DNA of 64,000 nucleotides from Anthoceros angustus (Eukaryota > Plantae > Anthocerotophyta). Location: contig MU008163.1 in NCBI GenBank assembly GCA_010909165.1, positions 1,426,001 to 1,490,000 on the forward strand, given 5' to 3'. The notes beneath the pieces were generated by a model that ran no database searches, was not told the DNA's origin, and saw only the letters and a list, made by a program, of their open reading frames with translations. The position numbers and the translations under genes were made by a program. Shown here in pieces: positions 46,134 to 60,209 of the stretch. Position 1 is the stretch's first letter; every line of letters starts with the position of its first letter.

Positions 46134-48237
46134 CTACTCTTCTTCCTCACTGGCAGTCTCCCATTCAGAGTCTCCATCAGATTCCTCGGGAGGACTACCA
46201 AGAACGACATCTTGGTACTGGATGGGCCCATACACGGCAGCTGCGTCCTTAAACAGCCAGGCCTCCCTCATCTGCTTCTTCACAAACTTATCCACATAAG
46301 CGGGCACTCTCTTGGCACGCAGATCAGCCTCCCCATCCGCAGTCTGCGTGCACTCGTTGATGAACAAAATCGCGTCCAGCAGACTCTCTTTCACCAACCC
46401 TAGGGCGGCGTACGCCTGAGCCCTCCTCCACAAGCTGTTGCGGTGCCGGTTAACAGGATCGTGCAGACACAAGGCCCGGGTGGCATCGCTGATGGCCGCC
46501 TTGGCGTCTTCCCGCAGGAGATGGCACTGTGCCCGGTTACTAAACAGAACCACCCTCTCCTTCTTGGCCTGCAGCGGGCAAACCTCCAACGCCTGGCTGT
46601 ACTTGAGGGCCGCCCCCGCAACATCCCCCGCCGAGAACCTGGCGTTCCCCTCCAGCTTCACCACCAGAGCCGCAGCCTGCTTCAGCCGAAAGTCCTCCTT
46701 AGGCAGATTCCTCTCCGACTTCATCCTCTGCCACAACCTGGAAAGCTCCTTCAGCTGGGCGATGGTTCGAGGAGGCAGATGGGCGCTCTGCATCGACAGC
46801 GCCGCGGTAGCATACTTCCGCAGTACCGCGGCCGTGATCAGCTCCCCCGCCTTCTGGTGCGACCCCAGGCTGGAGAGCTCCGCCAGGTCCACAATCGCCT
46901 CCAGCGCGGCCTCCAAGACCTGCGATCACAACAACACACCACAGCATCAGCATCAAGAGCCCCAATCACAACACCCCGCCACCCCATCTCGATGCATCAC
47001 AAAAACCCACCACCGAATCAGCATCAGGAGCCCCACTCACAGCAACCCACCACACACCATCTCGATGGATCACAACAACCCACCACACCATCCCGATACA
47101 TCACAACAACCCACCACACCATCTCGATGCATCACAACAACCCACCACACCATCAGCATCCAGAATGCGGAATCCGTCAGCCAAACGCAACCCATCAGCG
47201 AAAAGCACCAATCCGGAAGGAGGGGAGCGGAGAGTGTGGACCTTGAACCTGGTTTTGGAGTCCTGCAGCAGCCAGACGAGACAATCCACGGCCATGTACT
47301 GCCAGTCATCAGACGAGCGGGAGATGTTACACAGCGCCTGCACCACGCCAGGGCAATCCGCCACGAGCGGCCTCCCGACCTTCTGATGGCAGATGGTCCT
47401 CAGCAACCCGACCCCGGCCGGAGAAACCTCATTCACCAGCCCGCCCCACATGGCGGGCAGCCGGGCCAGGAACTCGCTATTGCAAATCGTGCCCAGAAAC
47501 TCATCCTTGAACGCGAAGCAGTTGATGAGCTGCAAAGACCAGCACTGGAGCTGCGAGGCCCACTCCTCCGCCTTCCTAGCCTCCATCTCCGCACCCCCCA
47601 TCCCCCTCGTGAGCAGATCGCAGTGGTACGGCTCCCGCTTCCCCGCCGCTTGCACGAACTGCACATACACAATGTCCAGCGCGTTCATGGCCAGCTGCAC
47701 CGCCAGATCCAGCACCTCGTCGTAGGCCGCCACCCGCGGGAACGTGGAGTCGTAGGTGGCGATGTGGCCCAGAGCCCGCACCGCCACCCGCTGCTCCACC
47801 CAGGTGAGCCGCCCCCGCAGGAGCTCCAGCAGCGGGGGCACCACGGCCGCCGCCACTGCTCTTTCCGCGAAGGCCTCCACGTTCATGCAATACGAGCCCA
47901 CGATGTGCGCGGCGTAGTAGGGAATGTAGACATTCTGATCCTGCGCCAGCCACCCCCGGTCCTCGATCCCCTTCCACATGAGCGCCGCCATGCATTCCAA
48001 AACCCCGAGCTCCACCAGCTCGGGGTCGTTGGGATGCGCCATCGCCCGGTTCCATATCCCGCTCACAGCAATCACCTGCCCGTCCTCCTCCCGCCCCGGC
48101 AGCTCCTTGAAGAATTTGGCCAGCCCAGAGCGCCGCTTCCCCGGGCTGGGATCCTTCATCACGCAGAAGAAGCAGCCGGGAAACAAGCACTCCTCGTCCT
48201 CGTCCCTCTCCCTCCCCTTCTCCCTCCGCCCCTGCAT
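46134..48237 (-). CDS. Plant ARM-repeat/TPR protein, 2 exons (48237-47242, 46919-46134)
   Basis: CLFPGCFFCVMKDP.., YIPYYAAHIVGSY, LTWVEQRVAVRALGH, SRSSDDWQYMAVDCL; TPR KLEGNARFSAGDVAGAALKYSQAL...SNRAQCHL. Confidence 0.92.
46924..47162. repeat. Intronic ~30-bp minisatellite
   Basis: cacaacaacccaccacaccatctcgatgcat-like units fill most of the ARM-TPR intron. Confidence 0.85.
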
Positions 48238-48977
48238 CTTTCACGACCCGCTTCACGACCCAGCCCCTCCCTATCCCTTCCCCCCGCGAGCCTCATGGCC
48301 TTCTCACATTGCTCTACCCATCCCCTCCCTCACACAAGCTGCGAGCCTCTCGCAACGAGGCCGCTGGGCGGGAGCGTGTCCGAGCCGTCCTGCCCTCGGG
48401 ATCTTTCCTTTTTGGGAAACAACAGCATGAACACTGTATCGGACAAGACACGACCTGCTTCTCACCCAAACTCTCGTCTCCACCTTCCCAGGCAACCATC
48501 TGCGTTCACAAGATTTCCCGCTTTTAATACCTTCAAAACAATGCACATTTATGTACGAGTCATTAAAGCGGCAGCGAAGGGAACTTCAAAGCCTTGATGG
48601 GGTGGGCTTGTCAGATCTCAGATCGGGTCCTGTTCAGAATCCCTTCAATATTACAGAGGAGACAGTGCACATGGGAGTGAAAACTTTTCAATTATACTTA
48701 CTCATAAGAAATTAATAAAAATAGTTTTGACGATGATTCAGATGGATAGAATTCTTCTTACACTGTCATGTCACGTGTGGTGGTGTTACTTTTTCACAAA
48801 AAAAGAATTTAGGAACGACTTAGAAAAGATTCATGGGTTTCTCCCTAGGCTATTTAGAATAGACTTATGGGTTTCTCCCTCGGTTATCATGTCTGAAGAA
48901 AACAATTCAAAAAAAGACTTGCTATAGGCTTTGTCATGTCTACAACTTTTACAATAGTGACTTCAGAACAAAAGAAT

Positions 48978-50505
48978 TCAAAGACTACTTTGGATAGGCT
49001 TTGTCATGTCTATAACTTCTGTCACTTCACGGTGGAGTCCATTTGACTTCAACCGATGTTGTAGGCTGCTGGTGGCAAAAGCAATGCCTGGTGTGTAGAC
49101 CCCTCCGATGGGCAATGTGTGTCTCTCTTGGAGTATGGTAAGGGCAGATTGAACCAAACAAATAGGTGTAGTTAGGTAACCCATACACGGGCCTCTTATG
49201 CAAGTCACAATTGCTTTATCAAATTTTGACATATCATTTGAATCCCCGTAACCTCTTCCGACGAACCACATAGTGAAGTGCTCATTCTCAATTGTTTCTT
49301 TAGAGGGTCCTTCTTTTGAGAAAAGACCAAAGGAACATAATTCAGGGTAATCCAACAAAATCCTTTTCCCCCAAGAATATTTTAGCAAATGAAACCATAC
49401 TTTGAACAAGAGGCTCAAGCATAATAGTGGAAATACACTTCCAGATGCTAGATAACATCCATAATGAGCTGCCTTTATTGAATCCCATCTTTTCTTGATT
49501 AAAGACATATCAATATTCTCATCATTTCGTAATTGCAATCCAGTGGAATTTGCTGCCCATGTTGCTTGTGTTCTACGAACCACACTTGAATCTGATGTAG
49601 GGAGTTTCATTGCATACAATTTAAGTAGAGGCTCCCATTTAACAAAGCTTGGTTGTGCAGCTGGCATTCCGGGTATCTACATCAATACATGTTATTAATT
49701 ACTTATTACATTATGTTCCTCAAAAGACATAAGGGCTATAACTATATTTTAATGCTATAACTTCTATTCCTTATAATGTTTGAATGTAAGTATATATCAA
49801 TAAGGAATCATACAAAAAAAAACTTATAAACTAAGTAAATCTTACCTTTGGTCGAATACGCTTAGGTACACTCTTCCTAAGTGCCATTAGACTTTCAACA
49901 TTGGAAAGAGACAAAACAAGTGATGCATAAGTCCCATAATTAATAAGAGCTCCTTTTCGTGGTAGTGTGGAGTTAGAACCTTTTACAATATATGAGTCCA
50001 CACTATTTGCGATCCAGCCTCGTTTCACAAATTGCTTAATATTATGTTGCACTCCCGTTTCAGCCGGAATGGAATCCATACCACAAGCAGAAACAATCAA
50101 GCTCTTATTCTTCACAGCTAGCTCGTGATACTTCATCTCCATTCTCTCCATAAACTCGGGCTCTCCACATATATCTAAGTAATCAATAATTTCTGTTGCT
50201 ACCACTAATTCTCCATTCTTGCTGTAAGGCCCAATACATGATATTAGTAATCTAGTTTTCTTGCATAAAGAAGCAATTGAATTGGGATTGGCTACATCAG
50301 CCTCGAAAATTGGGATTCTAGAGAGCAATGAAGAACTCCCAGCCCAAATCAATGACTCGCGCAATTTGTTCACATTTCGACCTGCTATAGCTATCTTCAA
50401 CGCCTTCTCACCCCCACCATTAATGAACTTTAGAAATTCACGAACCACGTATTTTCCAGTGTACCCGGAGGCCCCCAAAATGATCACGTCGAATGGTGTG
50501 GCCAT
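48978..50505 (-). CDS. Saccharopine dehydrogenase-like oxidoreductase (SCCPDH family), 2 exons (50505-49846, 49676-48978)
   Basis: FDVIILGASGYTGKYVVRE, IAIAGRN, SCIGPY, DYLDICGEPEFMERM, SACGMDSIPAE, KLPTSDSSVVRRT, GYLTTPICLVQSAL, GGVYTPG. Confidence 0.9.
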
Positions 50506-50569
50506 TATATTGTTGCAAATTATAATAATATATTGTATCTGCCAAAATCTTCAGGCTCTCTCTGTACGT

Positions 50570-51791
50570 GCATACAAGGCGTGAATGATGTAAGCAGCCA
50601 ATGTATTTACTCATGCATATGTGATTGTACAACACCTTCTTACTCGTGCATATGTAATTGTACAACACCTTCACTCAAAGCTCCAATAAAATGAGCTCCT
50701 TATTGGATTTCTTCCTCCTATCTCCACCTCATTTCAAATGTGGAATATCTCCCCGATCATTAGCTCATTCCAAATATTTTAAGATTTTAAGCTCACCCAA
50801 GATATACCATGTCTTGTCAATCTTCAGCTCATCCACTATGTAGCATACTTTGCCAATCTTCACTTCATCTCCAACATGAACTATGCCTTCTCCATCTTCA
50901 ACTCATCAAGCCAACGGACTATGTTTTCCCAATCTTCAGCTCATAAATGACATGCATACATAGAAAGTGACCATAATTTCTTTCACATGTGTGTGACCCT
51001 TCTTAAGAGCAGACAAATAGCTGAAAAGAGACAATGGACAACCAGAGGGAAAGAGACAATGAACAATAGGTGGGAATGAGGTGTTGAAAAATTTGTAGGA
51101 AAGAGAAGTGTGGTTCCTAACCTAGAGAAGGCGTCTTCCATGACTTCTTGTCTTCTCTTTCAATCATACCAAACTCCTCGCCTTCCAAGAATCTTCCGGT
51201 ACATTCAAAATATCTACATATCTACATTTATCTACTTAGCTACCATAGACAAAATATACATAATAGTTTTCTTTTTGAATGACATCTTCACCCATATATG
51301 AATACATGAAGACCCATCGGTAAACACCATATTTAAAAAAAAAGAAATAAAATAATTTTATCCCTCATACTTTTTTATACATATACAAGAAAATATTATA
51401 CACTTACCATTATATCAATTCATCATCATTTGTTTTCCAAATGAATTTATTTCATTCTCTATGTATTGGGACTAGCACATGCTATAAAGTGAAACTCTAA
51501 ATTATCAGCTCATAATTGAGCTATGCTCATCGAGACCCCCTATATCTCCCCTATATCTTTATCAATACTAATATTTTCATAAAGATAATTGCAATATGTG
51601 AAGTAGGTTCACAATCATTCACTTAGTATCCATGGTTTTATTGAGACGAGGCTATCTAAAACTAGTATTGGATTGCATAATCATGGTTATGTAAATACAT
51701 CAACTGGTTTTTTCCATCTCTTTTTTATAATAAAGTCCTCTTTCCCCAATACATCAACTTGCACATCCAACTACCAAATATATATATATAT
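50570..51791. repeat. AT-rich non-coding dispersed repeat ending at (TA)n; inverted copy at ~62293-63460
   Basis: For example 51660-51770 (actagtattggattgcataatcatggttatgtaaa..catcaacttgcacatcc) is the reverse complement of 62317-62372; 51100-51330 matches 63070-63300 in reverse. Confidence 0.8.
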
Positions 51792-52975
51792 AGTCACCTC
51801 ATAAGGGAAATATTATGCTCAAACAAGTCCAAAAACGTTTATATAACTAGAAGGAAAGCAAAAATATCAAATCGAATCCTCAAGCAAAACTACGAGGTTA
51901 CTTACAACAAAAACATGAGCACCATAGTCTTCTCAATAACAACCAAAGGAGTTGTCCATTGACAGAGTGACATACATACAGTCAGGAGTTAGTAAGGACT
52001 TCATAGTCAAACCAGCTCTAAGTGAAACACTGCTAAGACGGGGTGTTACCCGACCCCTCTTGTAAGAAGGCCCTTCCGCCTAACCTACTGTAAGGCCCGG
52101 TGGGGCCCCTCTTGAAGCCCTAAGGTGCTGCCAGTTGTAAGGGATCGCTTCTTGTAATGCCCTTGTGTGGACCGCCTCTTGTAACACCCCTTCTTCGCGA
52201 CCCCTCGTGAAACCCTAACATGCCGCCTGTTGTAAGGACTTGAAGGCCTAGGGTGCCTCTAGTTGTAAGTATATTTCCCCGAACCTCTTGGGGACTCGTT
52301 AAAGGCCCTGCAGACCCATTTAACACCTCCTCTAAGTATATCTCTAAAATAATAATAGTAAAATGATGTCAAAGAAATTCAATAACATAAATCAATTATT
52401 CACTTGCATATAAATAAATCTTATTGACCTCTAAGATTTGGATAATGATTACTAGCTAATTCAAAAATGCCTCTAACGGCGCAGTTGTAAGAATGCGCAA
52501 ATTCATGGATGCATGCATAGGTCCTATAGGTAGTATAATTAAGAATGTATCTTGTATGTCTTTCTTGTGATTAATGTTCTGTCAAGCTTTTGGGTTTTCC
52601 TAAGAATGATGTTGAAACTGAAGTGCCCTTATGCATGTGTGGGGTTCCAAGCTAAGTTTCGAGGTGATTTTAGGACCGATGGGGTTTGAGTTTCGAGGTG
52701 GTTTTGTATGCTCTATTTAATTCAGAAAGTGTTCGGTCATAGAAATATTTATTATTTGAATAAAAATTAAAAATTAATAAACAAATCAATAAGTTATATT
52801 ATGTATATAAATATAATCCTCTCAAACTATGTCCATAAATAAAAAAGTTACTGTGGTTTCGCGAAAGCACATAAATATGTACAAAGATATATGTACGTTT
52901 GCAACAGAAGAGGGGTAAGGCGGTAGGGGTAGACAACCCCCGGATCCGGACACGAGCAAAAAGTAGTTGGCTATA

Positions 52976-55900
52976 TCAAAATGTTGCCAAGTCCCGTTCC
53001 GTTGCCCCAGGCTGGTCTGGAGCTCCCATCAACGGTGGAGTGGGTGTTGCCGGCAGCTGGGCGGTGACCTCACCGCCGATCCGCGCGTGGCAATCCGGGC
53101 ATCGCGAAGTTTGCATCGGCCCGCCACACTCGCCTACGACATAGATGTGGCCGCTGGGACACTGGTACCAGTGCCCTGGACCGCCAATTTCTCGTGACAC
53201 CACGGCCACGATTTCCTGAATTTGTCCCTTCCCAGCAGCCTCCTTCACGTTTCTCGCCTCCGGATTCCCTGGTTCCTCATCCAAAACTGCTTCACATATT
53301 TGCGTTGCACGATCGAACTCCTTCATTTTCGTGAGCACCGATGCCAGCTGCACCATCGCCTTCAGCGCAATGGCCGTACTTGCTGCACCATGATCACCGT
53401 TCACAGCCTCTGACGTTCAGAAAGCAGCATCTGGTGGAAAGGAGCAGTTGTTTGAACTTTGGAAATCACTGGAAGTACCTGTTGATTGCGATCTCGCCGT
53501 GGAGTGGTCCATATTCCTGATGTAGTCCGAGTCGTCCTGGGATTTAGGAATAGCTGCTTTTGATGCACGGGAGATGGCAGGGTGATGCTTGAATCGGCTT
53601 CTTGAAACCACGAAGTGCAAGTGGAACCAAGCTTTTGCGCATGCGGATTTGCCGGTTGCATAGGCACATCCAATGCCGTAGTGAGCCTCTTGCAGGCTAG
53701 GGTTGAATTTCAGTGCCTGCAGGTAGCAAGGTATGGCTTTGGCGACGTCCTGCCTGCTCAGGAATCCGTCCCCAGCTTGCAATGCTCGTAACCGTTAACT
53801 CTTCGTTTCACTGCCTCGATTTGCTGCAGTGTCTGTTTCACCACATTTGCATACCTGAGTGACCTCCTCACTGGGGTCCTGCACTCAGGGCTGCGCACAG
53901 AAACGATGTTTGGGACCTGATCGTGTACACGTGCATGAAGGTAGTATTGAAGATGGAATTTCAGTCAGGAACATGATGCTTACCACTGTTTCAGTTTGAT
54001 GGCGGTCGCTGATGAAGCCGCTGTGGAGTCGGAACTCAAGTCTGGAATGGAGTCATCCTGGTCCATCCACTGGTCAATCCCTGATACCTCAAAGACGTGT
54101 TTACAGTCTTGAAGTTGCATGATCTTGTCCGTGTTTTCGAGCTCGTCCAGCCTCATTTGGGAGATGATGTCCAAGGTGTCTCCATCACAGGTTTTGCACT
54201 TGCGTGGACATGGCTCTCCACACAACCCGCTGCACCGATGCTTGCATCTTGGCAGTTTCCTGTTGCAGCGACGGTTGCATCGTGGTCTGATGCATGGCTC
54301 ATGGCAGAGCAGATCACAGTGGTGATGTCTGCATTTCCAGGCGCACTTTTCCATGCAGGGACGGCATTCTTCCCCGCACTTTAGTGAGCATTTGCTGTGC
54401 ACACATCTCTTCTCACAAGGCGCCTGGCAAGGGGGGCACATCTCTGAGCATCCCGCGGGACAGGAATGACCGCAGGGAAGCAAGCGTCCACATGGTTTGC
54501 GACAAGGGACGTGACAAGAACCTTGTTTGCACTCTCCACAAGTACCTGCAGCAGGAAGCCCGTTCTGAAAGGTGAGAATGGTGGTCTCTGGGCAGAATGG
54601 GAAGAACAGGGAATTCGGCTTACCTTGACATTCATGGTTGCAGCCTTCCAATATAGCTGTGCAACGAGTTTGGCATACAACTTTGCTCAGATCTTCGTGG
54701 CATTGATGTTTTTGCATATGGCCACAGGGAAGTCTGCTCTTCACCTGCTTGAGGCATTTTTCACGGCATGGCTGACCACACAAGTTCGGGCAGCTGTGAC
54801 CACAGCTAAGCTGTTTTGGGCTGGGTCTCTGCACGTAAGCTGGTCCAGGGTTCTGAGCATTCCACCACTCGTTCATGACCACATGCAGAGAGGGTCCTTC
54901 TCATCAGAACTGGACATGGAGGACAGTCTGCTCCCGCATGGCAAATCTTCGCACACTTATGCTCACAGGTTGCATGTTGCCTGGAGCACCGCTTGGGCAT
55001 ACAATGTGGTCATGACCACCAGGATGGCACCGTCGAGGGCAAACATGGCCGCATTCTATCTGGAAGGTGCAGGGCCTGCTACAACCCCGTCCCTTACCTG
55101 AGCATAATCTGAAGCCCGTGCCACCTTGGTCATCTTCCCTGGGTGATTCGGGCAACACAGGCACAAGTGAGGACCGACAAGACCAGATTGGGAGAGCCTT
55201 CCGATCACTGTCCTCCAGACTTCACTCTTTTCAGATAGGAGCTCTGCATTTCCGAACAAGTACAAACCAATTCGAGCTCTGGATATGGCAACACATACTC
55301 TGTTGGATACGCTCAGGAACCCGATCTTGCCAGGGCCATCTTTATCCTCCAAGTGGTTGCTGCGGACCAAAGAAAGAAGAATTATGTCACTCTCTTCCCC
55401 TGAAATCATCAACGCTGCTGACTCTGGGAACTCGCTCGGAGGCTTGACTTTGCTCTTCTTCCTCTTCTTGCTCATCAAGGCCTGGTGCAACAATCTTTGC
55501 TGGCCACCTAGCTTGAATACGTGGAGTCAAGAGAGTTCTAATCTCTTGTACCTACAGACACATCTCCAAGCATTAGACAACGTATCAACCGTCATTACTG
55601 TACCTGGACCCCAAATGCTCCGAGGTTTGAGGTTAGCAGTCTTTCACCTGGCCGGAATACATACTCAAAATCGTAATGTCTGAAGCAGAGTAAGTGCCCT
55701 GGTTGAGAAGATACAGACAAAACTCCACAACAATCCTGGCTTCCTCTCTGTTCACCTTGGAACCTGTTCCTGATTCTCTGCTGGAACTCTCCTCTTCTTT
55801 GTGATCGAGAAAGAAAACGTTGTCTCTCACACCTTGAACATCTGGATACTGGGTCACACTGGTGTGGTCCCTGAGATGGGGATAGAGGGGCATTATGAGG

Positions 55901-58900
55901 TTTGAGATACTAGGTCTCATTCGTCTTTGCACATCCAAAGATCTGTACTCTACTCCGCTCGTGACAAGCCTTTCGAACATGGATACATCAAGCTTGTTTT
56001 TAACTGCCAACCTGTGGACTGCGACAGATGGACGTAGTTGTTGATGATCTCCTATCAGTATGAGATGCCTTGTATGAGGGCTCACACTTGCAAGGATGTG
56101 ACTTTCCAGGACCTCAGCAGCTTCCTCGACTATCACTATCTCCGACTTCAGTGACACCAGCATGTCATGGTATCGGGAAGCTGCAGTGGTGGTCATGCCC
56201 ACCACGTTCGCTTGTCGCAGTAGGGATAATTGGATTTCTTTCTCCACCTCCAGGCTGTTGCTGCATGCCTCTTCATACTCCTTGGAAAGTTTGTCGATAT
56301 GTTCCTTAGCAGCAGTCTTCATAGCTCCGAGCCAAAGTTCGTGCAACTGCACTCGCAGTGTCCGAGGCAGTGCCCATACATCTGTGAAGTGGATGAAGTC
56401 ATCCAAACCCAGTTGTTGGCGTTCTTGCTCAATCAAATGCTGCAGTATACTGTCTTCTGAGCGTGAACCATCTTCAGTTTTCTGTTCTTCTTCTGCATCA
56501 GACGAATCCATTTGCTGGAGAGTAGTTGCTTCATCATCTTCATCCGGCTCAAGGTGTGCGACGGTGTTCGGTTCAGGCGTTTCTTCCCTGTCCTCATCCT
56601 GCTCGTCAACTTGGTATTCAAATTCTGATGCGATTGATTCTGCATCAGCTGGATCCATTCGCTGGATGGTTGCTTCATCATCTGTATCCGGCTCAAGGTG
56701 TCCGAGGGTGTCATATCGGTTTTCAAGGATCAAGCCAGTCAGCTGTGTTTGGTCATTCATAGGTACCCTTGCGTTCTTACGGTTGCCCTTCTGGAAATCT
56801 CTAGGTGCCCCAGACAGCCAAATGTGGACGATGTCTGTGTCATTGAGGTTTCCTCTATTCTTGCAAACCAGCAACGACTCTATGTGCTGTGGAGCAGCGA
56901 CTTCCTGTAGTGCGGTTCGATCAACAAGCATCTGCAAAAGTAAAGCATTGATTAGTACAACGCATAATACTGAGAGGCCGAACAGCATTACGAACTCGCA
57001 CCTTGTTCAGGAGCGGAACGTATTTCCCGTCAATCTGATTTTGTAATGCTACTGTTGCGGTCTTTGCCTCCATAGAAGCCCGATGATGGCTGCCGTTAAC
57101 ATTCTTGGAGTCTCGTTGTTCAGATACAAGTTTAGCCAAACTCTGGGACTTTAGAACTTCATGCTTGCTCCGCCCTCCTATGCGAATTAAGCTGTTCTCA
57201 AACTCATGGATTCCCATCAGAAACTGGTCAAGGGCGTGATTGGTGTAGCACACCACCATAATAGGTCCACGGACATCCTCCTGATGGAGACTGCTTCCTG
57301 ACTGGGCCATGGCATAGCTGGTGAGACTACTCTTCTGCTTCTTCAGATTCTCTAGCAGAATCCTGACAAGTAGCAACCCACAAACGTCTTCCCTGTCCCA
57401 GGAGGGCCTTGTATGATGGCTAGCTCCTTCGTGAGGCCGTGCTTCAGAGCCTCTCTCTGGCTGTAATCTAGAGCACATCCCTTCCACTCAGGCCAGGTTG
57501 ATAGTATGTCGAAGGAATCTCTTCCAACTTCTGTCATCAACTCAGGGAAGGCCGATGCTAAACTGAACTCACCGTTCTTAGGCCTACTTGCCAGATAGCT
57601 TGGTGGCCCTACCTTGGGCTCCAAATCGATTAAGTGCTTGGTGAAAACTAGCTGCCTGCACATCTCCTCTCGTTGCAAGCTTTTGAGAACATGCGCGTAT
57701 GCTTCAAAATAGGCAGAAGTTGACTCCACCATGACAAAACGCTGGCCTGGTTCGAACCAACGGCAGCAAGCTGATTCGCTCCTTGCCGAGGCTTCCGGTG
57801 ATGTTGGTAGCTTTGGGATAGTGTCCTTAAAGAGGCGGATGAGCAATGTTCCCTTAGTAAGATCATCCACCGAACGCCCCGCCACCACACCCCAGAAATG
57901 TGACGCAAATTTGTCGTCGGAGAAACATAGTAGGAGCCAAACATCAACCGTTTGGCTCTGTCCCACTTAATTTGTCTCCCATCAGGAACCTTGAAGTGGA
58001 CCTGAAGAGAATGAACACCAAAGTGGAAACGTTGCAGTGTGTGAATTCACTCTTGAAAGCGACGGAACAATCTCGACTATGTTGAGATGCAGCTGCATCA
58101 ATATCGTACCTCGTACTGTATGCCTTCTCGACCGAATCGGACTCCAGGCCGAAAGCGAACATCCACGTAAATGCTCAGCTCCTGAGTACTGTTGTCAGCT
58201 CTCTGGCCTGCGTGGTGATTCTTATACTCGTTTATGCCTCGTCTCAAAGGCTCAATGTAATCCTCTCTCAGGAGCTGGAATTGTGTCTCGAGATACTCCA
58301 CAACCGAGGTATAGCGTCTGCCAATCTGATTGATTGGTAGAGGTCTGAAACAATGTCGGATGTTTCCATTTCAGCGTCGGTGGGCAGAATTGGAATCGCC
58401 CTAAACTCCTCTCCCTACATGAGATGAGGCAGAGCAATGGATGAATCAACAGTCTGCTCACAATTTCACGACGGCAATCAAAGGGAAGAGAATTGCACTT
58501 GCTACCTGCAGGCATTTGTTTGAACATGAAACTGCCCTCAAACGCTTCAATTTCGCCCTCTGCTCCAACAATCGCGTCACATCTGCTAGGAGAGCATCCA
58601 GTTGGGGATCTCGCTGTGAAACATTTCCACCCTCGTCATTCGCTTCCACCAGCTCATCAACCACCGTCTTAATCGCATCAAGAGGAACTTCCTTCCAACC
58701 GTCCGCTGTCCGGGTCTGTATCTCCTCCACAAGTTGGACACATGCGTGTAACTGTCTCGGCCTTGGATTGCACAAGCCTTGAATGTGAGACCAAAACTGC
58801 ATCATAAACGGCGATCCTAGCAGAATCCCATACATCCGATTCGTCTTGTGCCTCATCATGGAGCTCCGTATCTCCTCTTTCGTGAACAGCTCCACAATCT

Positions 58901-59463
58901 TTGTGACCACAGCTTCCGTCAGATCTCTTCTTTCGAGAACACTCACTAGATTCTTAAAACCGGGACTTCCTTCCGTGCCCAGCACTTCGATGTTGGTGGC
59001 CGCTGACTGCTCTATTTGGTTCTGAAGCCAGTAACGCAGCTGGGTCGAAGACAGAGCTGAAACATCTTGAACAAGTCCAGCTCGGGCCACAACATCTGGC
59101 TTCAACCCTGCCAGCCATAAATGTGACTAATAATATTTCTCTCCAAGATAAGCACGAAATCAAACATGCAAACTGAAATTCGTCGAAGACGAAAGAAGTC
59201 ACAATTGCAGCTCACCTCGGCTCCTCGATCTCTAGGTGCAGCCCGACTCGACCCACCTTCATCCTCCAGGACATGCCGGTATTTACAACCCGCACCGTAT
59301 CTGCATCCCCGAGTTGGAAATGCTTGCAAGGCACATTGTTGGTTCTGGTGTTACTCCCCATAGTTGTGCTATTACTCCCCATGGTCGCTCTGTGATTCCT
59401 CACGTGTACAGTCGACGTGCTGCTGCTTGATTCATGACATTGTCTCCTCCAAGGGCCCGGCAT
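52976..59463 (-). CDS. ZNFX1: ZNFX1-like SF1 helicase/E3: CCCH, helical region, UPF1-like helicase, NF-X1 zinc fingers, RING-like, TPR, RZ finger (frameshifted as assembled)
   Basis: YLETQFQLLREDY, IIQGPPGTGKT, VVCYTNHALDQFL, VVGMTTT, IVEEAAEVLE, LIGDHQQLRP, QRRMRPSIS, EESDIILLSLVRSN, RVCVAISRAR, repeated LxCGHxC fingers, LQDCKHVFEVSGIDQWM, GHWYQCPSGHIYVVGECGGPMQTSRCPDCHARIGG. Confidence 0.9.
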
Positions 59464-60209
59464 TTCGCTTTTCCCAGGCTCCAGGTCCCGGGTGTGAGTT
59501 GCACTGTTGCTCGCCGCAGCTGTGCTGTTTGCTGTGGCAGTTTGTGTATGCCGCCTCAAGGCAGAATTGCGCTTTTCCCGTCTCCGACTTCTCCATGTCA
59601 GAAAACGTTTCCCCAGCGTCCCTCTGCCGAATGCGAATGCTTGCTGTGCGTCAGGCAAATGTGAGGCGAACAAATTCGAGAGGTCTACTTGCACTCTTCG
59701 GCACCAACAGATTACGCTCCTCCCTACTCTCCACTTGGGAGGACAGGCCGTCAGCCTGTGCCGTAATATTTAAGTGGAGGATGCTTCTGGAGGGTCCAAG
59801 ACCGGTCAAATCTCCAGGACAACTTAAGTGACGGCGTAACACGACTCAAGAGTTACGATCACGACTCCTCCAACCGATCTCTCTCTCACCTCTCTCCCCG
59901 ACGCTTGCCACGCTCGGACGTTGAGACACCGGGATGGACGGAATACCAAACGCACGGAACGTCTGCGAGGCTGATAAGCACCGCAAGGCTCTTGGTTTCT
60001 AACCGGGAGAGCTCGTGAATGACAGATTAAACAAATTAACTGACACTTCATCCAAGACCCAATCCTCCGCGCGGCAGCAGGGGCAGGGGCAGGGACATCG
60101 GCCGCCCGGGGATGGCACACAAGGGCAGGCGCGCGGTTGACGAGGGATGGATGTCCCGTCCAAAAACCGGACGAGCTTGTCCTCCTGCTCCGTGATGACG
60201 TGGCCTTAC

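Noticed and set aside
46438-48597. 719-aa plus-strand ORF
   Set aside because: Antisense shadow of the GC-rich ARM-TPR gene plus its C/A-rich intron minisatellite; no domain content.
56162-57046. 294-aa Ser-rich plus-strand ORF
   Set aside because: Antisense to the acidic helicase insert of ZNFX1.
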